From the NCBI RefSeq assembly GCF_964194155.1, contig NC_135881.1, positions 133,238,001 to 133,302,000 of the forward strand: DNA of 64,000 bases. The letters run 5' to 3'. Positions 43,107 through 53,595 of the stretch are shown here, one piece after another. This DNA is from Cetorhinus maximus. Taxonomy: Eukaryota. Position 1 is the stretch's first letter; every line of letters starts with the position of its first letter. A program made the position numbers and the translations under genes. A model generated the notes under the pieces. That model was not told the DNA's origin. It saw only the letters and a program-made list of their open reading frames with translations, and searched no databases.

Positions 43107-43857
43107 TTAAAATAAGGCTTAAGAATACAAAATGCAAGGAATCCACTCAACCCATTAATGCCCTTTCTAACTCCCCTTCGCCTCTTTCGTAACTCATTAA
43201 AATATCTGCGACTGAACAAGACATTCAGATGTCAATGGTCTGGCTTAAGGTGCAAATGAACACTTTGGAATCTCGACGGGATCTTCTGGCAACGCATTTA
43301 AAAATTAAGGATATATCCCAAGTTTCAGTGAAAGTCACTATGTACTCTTAACTCTTTACTTGCATCCAAGCGGGTACCCCAAGTGTTATTTTACCCAAGA
43401 TAAAGAACACCAATGTTAACATTTCAGGCACAGAAATGACAGGTAACTAAAACCTTACGCCTGCATGCGTGTTTTTTTTTAATGTGTTAGATTCTAACGC
43501 CAACAATTGCAACCGCCAGGTTCACTCTGATAGTTAGAGCTCGTATATCAGAGCACTAAAGTGGTGCGTTTTAAATACGAACTTACATCTACAAGGGGAA
43601 AAGCTTTACGAGGGCCCAAAGATCTTTCAAGAGATGCAAAAAAAATCTTCAATTCCACGGGCCTGCCTAATCTGTAAACATATTTTCAAGCTGGAATATA
43701 TCATTCGACATTGGCTCATGAATATACGGTTTTCCCGCGTATCAGTTAAAAAATAGTTCTCTTATTTGATGTTGATAAAAGTGGGTAAACAAGCAATATG
43801 TGAGTTGCTGTTAACTATAAAGGAGCGGAAGTCGAGTGCTTTTACGAGGATTGTACT

Positions 43858-43892
43858 GATTAATTGTGCAATAAAAGTTTTATGATTGCTAT
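43858..43892. promoter_or_regulatory. HoxA7 intronic homeodomain/Cdx element (HB-1-like)
   Basis: GATTAATTGTGCAATAAAAGTTTTATGATTG: TAAT site plus inverted ATAAAA/TTTTAT sites. Confidence 0.55.
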
Positions 43893-44033
43893 CTGCATAC
43901 AATACTACATGCGTTTGAGGAACTGTTCCTCAGATATCATTAAAACTCTTAACTACCTTCAGGATGTAGTGGCGCTCATTTTAACTGGTCATTTGCACGT
44001 TTCTCATAGCTATGTTACATTTATGTCCCATAC

Positions 44034-44427
44034 CTGCATTCCTCATCCAGGGGTAAATCCGGAAATTGCTCTCTGCTTGAGGGTGCACGTTAGGCTGATC
44101 CAATTTTTCGCAACCCTGTTTGCTCAGATCGCTGCAAAGAACTGGAATGTTCTGGTCTAAGGCAGAGCAGCGCAGGTTGTAGGAATCTGAGTTTAGATTA
44201 TAACCTGTGTTGTACATGGAAGGGCCGTGATAGATTGCACTGTTAACATTGTACAGCCCGGCCATCGGGGCTGGGAAGGCGCTGGCGCCCGCTCCATAGC
44301 TGGATCTTTGTGAGTTGGTAGCAAAAGCGCAAGAAGTTGCTTCTGTAAAGCCATTCGCATTCTGGAAAACGGATGTCCCCGCCGTATATTTGGGAAAAAG
44401 AGCATTCACATAATACGACGAACTCAT
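44034..44427 (-). CDS. HOXA7: HoxA7 exon 1
   Basis: MSSSYYVNALFPKYTAGTSVF N-terminus; FRIYPWMR; ATG at 44427; donor GTATGG at 44033. Confidence 0.96.
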
Positions 44428-45388
44428 AATTTTGTCTGGTGATTTGTTGGCCAAGACTCTTCAGTGTCGGTTTTACGAGATAGCGTGATATATGGCAGCA
44501 TTACACCCCCGATTTACACCAAACACCCATTTTCCTTCGGCCCGACTTATTTCTATTCACGTGACCTGACCATGTGATCCCGTCACCCAATAGCATCCCA
44601 CATCACAGGTGGTAAATAGCATGTTATCCGACTATTTTCAAAAATATATTGTGCAAAAGTCATAGATAATCTTTTGCAGTATTATTAATGTAGATAGATT
44701 GTGTAACTTTAAAAGCGCAGTATCTTCTCACCATTACTTTGCAAGCCATTGTCCCACATGCATGTGAAGGTTTTAGCAACGCAGGTATGTATCCAGCATT
44801 TTTAAAAATAGGATGATGAATTTGGAAGTGGAATGAAACGTTTGCTTGGACATAATAAACGAAACGTCTTGCTTTGATTTAGAAAAGAGCATATTTCATG
44901 AATAGTTACATGGCCACATTGGACTAATATTAAGGATCAGTTTACATTTCGGGAGAAAAGGTTAAACGTTTCATTTAAAAGAAATGAGCTCTTCCCCATT
45001 GTCTCTCCCCTTGTCTGTATAGTTGTTTGCTGTCTTGCAGTGGAATGAAACCACTGTACAACACCAGAGAAGCTGGAGCCCTATTGAATTAATGCTCAGT
45101 GCACACGTAATCTCTAGATTAGAAAATAATCTGTGCGTTTTTACTGAGGACTGCAGATGCAAGATACACACTGCTGCAGCGCCGCTCAGGGTAGCTGTGA
45201 AGCGTCTGTTGTCAACTCCCGTTTTTTCTTTTGCTAACATTCAAACGTGTTTTCGATATTGATTTACTGAAATGCATGATTTCACACTGGAGATTACCAC
45301 ATTTCCTCAGACGGGTTTCAGTGCAACAACTATGCGATGGAAACCTTTTGGAGTTGCTAGGTAATCTGATTAAAACCCCGCAGGGGAT

Positions 45389-45609
45389 TTACCCCGGTAT
45401 CATTTCCTCCTTCTGTTTTACAACTTTTTCTCTCTCTCTCTCTGCCGGTCCTTTCGTTAGATCACAGAACTTGCCTTCGAAGCTGTTGTCCACAATTTCC
45501 TTGCACATTGTCCAGTTGCTCCACTTAGGTTTTTGGTTCCTTCCCAGCGGAAGCGTTGCTTTTAAAGTGCAACATTAATAGGCATATTTGTCGGTGTTAA
45601 ACGGAGGAA
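45389..45609 (-). pseudogene. Possible highly decayed homeobox remnant at the HoxA8 position
   Basis: Manual alignment recovers F22, N23, L38, L40, Q44 and W48 in one frame at homeodomain spacing, flanked by FL and N-x-x-M, with an internal stop and an E/K-rich tail. Similarity is weak. Confidence 0.35.
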
Positions 45610-47019
45610 TGCAATCCCACTGTTTACAACAGATCCACAGTCTCACCAACCATGCACCTGGTACGTCGAAAGTAAAGGGTTATTGCAATAAAACATGTAT
45701 GTGCATTTCCGCCCGGGAAATTATTTTCTCTAATATTAGGAAATGTTATTTTCTTTTGATCTCTGTCATGTCATAATCCTTGTGCTAAGCAGGCAGATTT
45801 AACACCAGCGGGGATGGTTATCAGGAGGTTATTACACTACACTCGTCCCTGGCTCGTTTAAGAACAGTCCTTGTTAGATACAAAACTGCCAAACTGCCCG
45901 CAATATCCATGTTTCCCGCCAGTGCCTTGGACGAACGATACGCTAATGTGAATGTTCCGGGAAGCGCTTAAGTTGAATTCCAAACTTTTCCAACATCAAG
46001 TTATATCCGGAAAGCCGAGGTATCAAAGATTTTGCCAGGCCGAACAGACATAAAAATGTTAAGAGCCTAAATAAGTTCAAATCATTACAATCAACAGCGA
46101 GTAGCTGTGTCCAGGAGATGGAACGAGTATATACATAATAAATATATCTGAACATGTTTTTAAAACAGATTTTCCAGGTCTGAGGATTCCTCGCTAAAGA
46201 TGGGTTACCACTCCAGGCTGCTCCTTGATTGCAAAGGAATGAAAACTTGAGCAATAAAAATCGAAGGAAAGGAAGAGTGGATGAAAATACAACATAATTG
46301 AACAGGATATCAGTAATGTCAGCATTTCATTCATATATTTCCAATTCAATAATAACAAAAGAACGCTGTTAACAGAAGTCAAATTTCTGTTAAAAACACC
46401 AAAGTTGGGCCAAACATGTAAAATCTCATCCCGCAATAATTTGAAATACATGCCTGGGCAAATGGATTTTTTTCCCCACTTTTATTTTGTCCTTTATTTC
46501 CCTATTTCTCCGGACCCTGGGATTCCTCGCACAGTTAACCGGCGAACATTCCGCCTGCACGGCCCCACTTACATCTGTTTAGAAGTAAAATAGATATTCT
46601 AACCTTCCATTGAACATTTTAATTACTCGTGTGTTCCATTATCACATTAAATATAAATTTACCGACAAAGCACCTACAAGGAACGGGCAAGATTTATTTA
46701 GTAACAATCCCAACTGCTTATTTAATTCTATTACATGGATGTCAGGATGTATTGGCCAGGACACAAGTGTTACTAATTCGAGCTGGAGAGAGTGCAAAAA
46801 CAAAATGAACGGAACACATTTTCGCATTAATTAGTAAATTGCTATGGATGCAACTTCAAATGTAACCGCATATTTTTGGAACAAAATACAATTGAATCAT
46901 ATGGCTGGACAGCACATTACGCTGTCTCTATAAACCGAGCCGTTTCAAACTATGCCTGCGCGTCCACGAGTGGAGACAACGTATAGTACCAAAAGGAAGG
47001 AAATTAATCTGGTAAATAT

Positions 47020-47199
47020 NNNNNNNNNNNNNNNNNNNNNNNNNNNNNNNNNNNNNNNNNNNNNNNNNNNNNNNNNNNNNNNNNNNNNNNNNNNNNNNNN
47101 NNNNNNNNNNNNNNNNNNNNNNNNNNNNNNNNNNNNNNNNNNNNNNNNNNNNNNNNNNNNNNNNNNNNNNNNNNNNNNNNNNNNNNNNNNNNNNNNNNN
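47020..47199. other. Assembly gap (180 N)
   Basis: Run of N characters. Confidence 1.
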
Positions 47200-48972
47200 C
47201 AGTTGCCTCGGCGTTATGTTTTGCAGAAATTTAAATCATAACGGCAGTTTCTTTAATCTGAGTCTCTCCTGTATTTCCGGATACGGCTGTATGTCTGATG
47301 GTGTTTTTTTTTATGTATCTCGAACTGATTGTTACAATTTTATTTTAAACTGCTTACAAACACATGTGGACCATTAAGATTATGTTGCACGGTAACAGAT
47401 AATCCTGATTTGCAACCGGCTCACTCACATTTCAATAGACAAAATCGCATAGTGATCACCGAGCGTATATTTGAATTGCTATTACATAACAATGTACATC
47501 ATTCCTGTCAGCATAGTTTGAAATGCATATATCTCGATTTCGTTACACGCCATTTGCTATGATTTCGAATCTATTATCTGGCTGTTAAAGTCCCCCATTC
47601 CTTCTGTGCAGTTTATTAAAGGAAATGGAAGTGTGTGCCTGCTGGAGTTAAATTCCGGTTTGGTACTGTGCTGCGACAGGAAATGTACCCATATTATATA
47701 TGTATATCTTAATTGAAAATAAAATTGTATACATTGCACTGAAGTTTGGTTAAAAATACTAATGAATCCGAGTATCATTGCTTTGTACCATATATCACGA
47801 AATGTATTGGTATCATTCACATGATGGCAAGTGTGTAAATGACCCAAGAATTGTTGACTCCAATTCACCAGGTTTTAATAACGTGAAGAATCTACCTGAT
47901 TTAATTTCAAAAGGTATAAACTATTATGCCACTTAGAAAAAAACTGCTTCGCGATTTCGAATTCCTGATGTATGTGAAAGCTCAGGTGTCGTTATTGGAG
48001 TAAACCAGTCGGCAGATAAACAAGATGAACATCCTTTGGGTTCGCCCGACGCTTCCCATTGAGAAGATCTGTACAGTTCAGTGTATACGCCGTAACTTGA
48101 ATCAATGAGAAAATATAATGTGGGCATGGTTAAAAAAATTAAACAAGTATCCTCCTAACTGACTTTCTTTGGTGCCATTATAGCACTTAGCCAAGTTATT
48201 AACGATTTATTGACATTTCTGAAAGTTACTATTCAGTACTTTACATCAAACGGGCATTTCACAACATGCTATTAATAACGCCACTTACTTCGTCGATAGA
48301 TGTAGTTTTATAAATTACAACAATATGAAGCCTAGTCATAAAATATTCAGAAAATTTAACTATATTAAGTTATTTTTTTTCGACCCCAAGGATATACCAC
48401 ATTTAACAATTAATTCTTACTGGTCTCCAACGAGAATTTCAGGATAAACAAGAGTGAGTGCATATAGGTATGTGATTGCACACATGTATGCCTGTATATA
48501 TGTATGTTTGGCTGGATGTGTGTTCACGAATGTGCGTACGCGTTCATGTACTTCGTTGTATGTGTATATTAACGCTGATATATGTACGAATGAACATATA
48601 ATAGCTCACGTCATTTCTATTTCACATACTCAACTTCTAACCGCCATCCCCTGTTACAAGCAGCTGAGCAGACTGAGGAACGAAGTGGGAGATAATCAAT
48701 TTAAATCGTGTTATTGTACATTAAAAATAAAACACTGAAGTACAAATGGATTTCTAAACCCCGTGTCAAGCGGAATTAATCTGTCCGCAAATGAGTTGAT
48801 GGATTCAAAATGAATATACTCCATCGACCTCAGTCCATTTTTACAAGTGTCATTTGTGGTAGATGTTTTCATCCTATTTACAACCTACTGTATAAATAAA
48901 TCCCAGTTTATAGCAGTTATTGCACTCTTTGGCAGCTTGGCGGCACTCTTTTTAAATTCTTCTGTGGATTAA

Positions 48973-49009
48973 CACTGCCATCTCCTGGCCATGAAAGAAA
49001 ACTGCAACC
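48973..49009 (-). promoter_or_regulatory. CTCF site at the HoxA7|A9 boundary (core plus upstream module)
   Basis: Minus strand GGTTGCAGTTTTCTTTCA-TGGCCAGGAGATGGCAGTG: near-consensus core preceded by a TGCAG upstream (ZF9-11) module. Confidence 0.72.
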
Positions 49010-51961
49010 AAGAAATCGCTATCAGAAATGCACAGAAACCTTTTTTTAAAACTGTCAAGAAACTAATACCTATGTCCATTTGACAATGATTTTTTTTCTT
49101 ATAACTATCAAGCTAATTGCAAATCGCGTTAAACCACGTTTCAAAATACCTAAAGATCTGTTATCTTTCCACTAGACGCAATAAATTAGTAAAGAGAAAT
49201 TTGAGGGGCCCACGTTAAAGACGAGACTAATAAAGGTCGTTATTTCCGCAGACCCTTTTGTCTAGGCAGCCAGACAAAACAAATGGATCGCCTTCTCAGG
49301 AAAAATACTGATTGTAGCTGGACAGTTGTAAACTCATTAAAACCCGAATTCCAGACGGCTTGCCAGACCCTTCATTTTATTGCGAGTCTCCCTGTTTAGT
49401 CTTTGAAGTTCCATCTGCAACAACAGAGGGCGTCACAACATTATAACCTTTCAGACTGAACACTAAATAATTAAAAATAGAAGTTCAATTATCAACTGCT
49501 TAATAAAATAATATTAAAAAATAATGATTGCAATCCTATGCGAGTGTTTGCTGCCAGATACTGAAGAATACTCCAAATAAAGATCGTCAGTGTCGTGTTT
49601 ATACACTTCGCCCCTTAACCTCCAGCGTTTTACACCCCATAAACGCTTACAGCAGTCATTTTCTTTTATTGCGGTACACCACTCTGGATTTTACTAACGA
49701 CAGCCACTGCCAAGACTTCTAACTATGTGGGCCTCTCTGCCCAGTTTCCAAATCATTTGAATCCCACTAAATCTATCCAAACTGTCTTCGGGGCCTTAAA
49801 AAAAAGTTACTGGGGATCTTACAGTTGGAAAGGAAGTTGCATAAATAGCCAAGCCGTACACAACTTTTTTTTTGTTAGCGCTAAGACGCCTTAGACCAAT
49901 ATACCTTCTTCCTAAGGATCCGTCCTCTTTGTGTTGACTGGTTAAAGAAATGGCGGCAGGGATTTGTGCCATTGCGAATGTTTACAATTATTTACCTCTT
50001 TACAATGCGATGAAATCCCAACAATTTTGGAGCTCTTCACACGGACAAGCAACTCAAGATTATTCATTTCCACTTCCAACAGAAGTGCTGCATTACTTGG
50101 ATAAGTAGCACACAACAAATCATATAAATAACCAGGGGCCTTGGCGCATGGCCAGGCGACAGATAGAAGTTGTTAATACACAGTTTTGCACGTTCTCGGG
50201 TTAATTGGTGATAACTGGGCGTTAAGCTCAAACGGATTCGGAATCGTTGTCATCAGATCCGCTTCCAAGCCAACGTTGTTAGATCACATTAATTATTTTC
50301 TTCCCTTTTTCAGAAATCCCAATCTCATTCTAATTTTAGTTACCCCTGTAAGTCATGTCATGTCAGCTGCGGTGATAACATTCGTTGCAGCATTTATTAA
50401 AGAAAATCTAAACTTTAAATTACGTCTTCAATGTCAGGACTTGGGGTAAAACCCCAAAGAGAATGTTAAGCAAATCGTTAAATGTTGCAAAATTGGAAGG
50501 ACTGATATTAACGACATACTGTTTAATATGAGTAAAGAAATTGGATTATTTTCCTGAACATGGCCAACTTTATTCCTTTAACTCGCCCGCTGTTCGCCTG
50601 AAAGTTTACATTTGAATTCGTGTACAGTATTTAAAATGCTGCATATCTGTGAAAGGAGTTGTTTATATTTAGAGTATGTTTCCGCTCGGTGTGAGGAGCT
50701 TGAAAATCTTGCAGTAATGGTGGAATGAGAATGTAACGGCGGAGTTCCATGCGAGACCTTAGCATACATTGAACTTCAGAAGCAGAAAGCATATTTTATA
50801 TGTAGTCAAACATATATTTTATTCGACAACAAATAAAATGACATTTCATTACAAACAGTATAGTTTGGTCAATATGACACGAGGTAATCATTTCAAACGT
50901 GTACACAAGTGTAAATGTGTTAGCTCTACAGGTCTAAAGAAAACCCCCATTTAAAACACATCAGTGGTATATGTTCTTTCTATTGCACCCAGGTTTTTTC
51001 CTTGTACACATTACATTTATTGACAATATTGTTTGTTTATTTATTCCATCGCATAAATGCGTCAAAACAATTTTAAGGGTGACATTTACACACAAAACAT
51101 AGGTAGTTACTAGTTATACATATAGGTAGTTTTAAACCAAATCTCACACTTTTCTTTGCACCACAACACCGATAAATACAAAGTGTCTGAGAACTTTATT
51201 CGTGCTTTTATCACAACAGACAAGAGTATCGTGTAGCATTATGCTCAGCGCTGCTCTTTGAAATACAACTTATATTAGCATTCTATGCAAATCAGTTTCA
51301 TATAATTTCTGAAGAACAACACAATCGTCATGCACCCCGGGCAAGGCCGTTACTCAGTCTCACAAAGACAGCATAAAGCCTGGAGTTTCTACAGGTTCAT
51401 TCACAGTGAAAATAATACAATATATGTTCCAAGTTCACCACGAAAATAACATTTCATATGCACTACACAGCCTGTTATCTTTATATTAAACATCCTGAGT
51501 TAAATTGAGATTTTTCTTTTGTTTGTTTACACGATCTTTACTCGGACACCGCCCAAGCACAAAGGCCCAGTCACAGAGATAATCACGACAATAGACACAA
51601 GGATTCAAGTATATAAGCAGCCTCGTTTGCTGCATGTAAAACAAGTAAATATTAAATTAGTACATTATTACTGAATTACTGTCCACACTGAATTGCGGTG
51701 GATTAAGAAAAGGTAGTTTTCATGTGAAGTAAGGTAGATTCCGTAGCCACATACTTAACCTTGCCGTAAATGTCTCCCTCTTTGGTTCCCAACTAACAAG
51801 TGTATCAGTCGTTTTACCCACCATATGTAGTCCAGAACTGGCAAAGGAATAATTTGTGCTAATGGCATGACAAAATGTACATATAGTCTTTCTGAAGTGG
51901 GGCCTATTTCGATTGTAATTGTGAATGAGTTTTTTTTCTCTCAAAAATATTCGAATTCGTG

Positions 51962-52203
51962 TCACCGGTCGTCTTTGGGTCGTTCCTTGTTGATTTTTTT
52001 CATCTTCATCCTCCTGTTCTGAAACCAGATTTTAACTTGCCGTTCGGTAAGGTTAAGGACCCTGGCGACCTCGTATCTGCGGTCTCTTGTGAGATACATA
52101 TTAAACAAGAATTCCTTCTCCAGCTCCAGGGTCTGATGTTTGGTGTAAGGGCAGCGTTTTTTTCTGGTAGATCTTGCATGCAGCCAATTGGCGGATGGGT
52201 TAT
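51962..52203 (-). CDS. HOXA9: HoxA9 exon 2 (homeodomain); gene spans 51962-53422, 260 aa
   Basis: Translated by hand (this frame is not in the ORF track): [80 protein letters not shown]; acceptor CAG at 52206-52204. Confidence 0.96.
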
Positions 52204-52881
52204 CTGGAAATGTGAAGGAAACGCATTTAATATATCTTCCCTCTCCAAGTTAGTCAAAATGTTGTACCATTCTCAGAATCAAAACACCGTTACAGATAAA
52301 AGAGGATGTGGCAGCACTGGATTAATGGAGCAGGCTGCTACACTTTTACGTGTGTTTTCACTAAAAATTAAACTCTCGTACCAATCCCCTTGTTCAATGA
52401 ACAAACTCTATGAATAGAGCGATGAAACTGAGTTAGAGAAAAAAATTAATATTGTGGCGACCTGAAAATCGGACACTAATAATCCAAAGCAATGTGTTGT
52501 CTGCTTGTGTTGCACACTGTGTGCAATATTTGTATATCCACTAGTCTTTACTGCATCACGTTTATTTGCAACAAATGCACTTGAATTAGAGTCAGCAATT
52601 ACACAATATCTACCCCTTTCTCTTTTATAATGAGTAGAAATTAGTTCAGTATATACCCGACTGGTATTCAAAGCAGTGCCGAAAATGTACAGCATAAGCC
52701 TTAACCGTATATCTCAAAACTATTTGTAGCTATGTAATTTAAAAGTAACGCAAAACTGGACACAGATCTCGGCATTTGTATTTCGCTATGTAATTAAGTA
52801 AATAGAAGGAATATAAAATAGTTTCAATTTATAACCCTTGTCTCGAAAAGTAATACAAAAATGTGGGGTTTCCATACTTAC

Positions 52882-53422
52882 TTGGATCCATGTGTAGTTT
52901 ATCTGCGTTTGACTCAATCTCTCCGTTATTTTCAGAAAAGGAAACCTCGCTCACACGTTTGTCGCCGGGAGAACTTCCACAAGTATATTCTGATAGTGCC
53001 AGAGTGTGTGTTTCAAACGTGGTGCAGTCACTCCTGCGGGCAGCTACAGGCTCGGGTTTGATGCCGTAGTGTCTACTGGAAGGCAGCCCGGTGAAAGACA
53101 GGGCTCCCGGCATGGGATCTAGCCAGGAGCGCATGTACCTACCATCGGGCGCGGCGGCAATGGGAGCCTGGTGCATGTATGGGTGATAGACAGTGGGCAT
53201 ATTGGCAGAGCTCTGCGCATGGACCGGGCTCCAGGAGGTGCTGAAAACTGTGGCTTTGGACTGGAAGTTGCATGGGGTGAAGTCGGGGTGCTCTGCAAGG
53301 GCTGCCTGCCTAGAAGACTGTGCCAGTGGACCCGAGGCATATCTGGACGACAGCAGATCCTCGTTCTCATGCATTATAAGGGAGTCGACATAATAATTGC
53401 TGATAGTCCCTGATGTCGACAT
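52882..53422 (-). CDS. HOXA9: HoxA9 exon 1
   Basis: MSTSGTISNYYVDS N-terminus, DGRYMRSWL and HYGIKPEP Hox9 motifs; donor GTAAGT at 52881-52876; join gives 783 nt. Confidence 0.96.
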
Positions 53423-53534
53423 TCTCGGCAATGACACAGCAAGCGCCTCTGAAAATATGAAAGAGCAGATTTCACTGAAACAACTTACCGCCGCGACAAG
53501 TACAGTCTGCTAATATGGTGCAGACGCACTTCCT

Positions 53535-53595
53535 CGCCATTGGATAAGTTACTCACGTGATTCAAAAAACAACAATAAAATATAAATCAATCCGC
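53535..53595 (-). promoter_or_regulatory. HoxA9 proximal promoter (CCAAT plus E-box)
   Basis: ATTGG at 53539-53543, CACGTG at 53554-53559 and a Pbx-Hox-type TGATTTAT near 53583-53590. Confidence 0.6.

Noticed and set aside
44428-44454. N-terminal extensions in the ORF track (HoxA7 MANKSPDKI, HoxA6 MEQ, HoxA9 MSLPR)
   Set aside because: They start at TTG/GTG under a prokaryotic start rule. The conserved ATG starts lie downstream.
46111-46124. CCAGGAGATGGAAC CTCF-like motif
   Set aside because: Lacks the strongly preferred C after GG. It also overlaps the speculative Hox8 exon-1 trace, so neither reading is secure.
46952-47377. 141-aa ORF
   Set aside because: Artefact of translating through the N gap.
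51959-52417. 152-aa plus-strand ORF and similar antisense ORFs over the other Hox exons
   Set aside because: Antisense shadows of homeobox exons with no independent coding signal.
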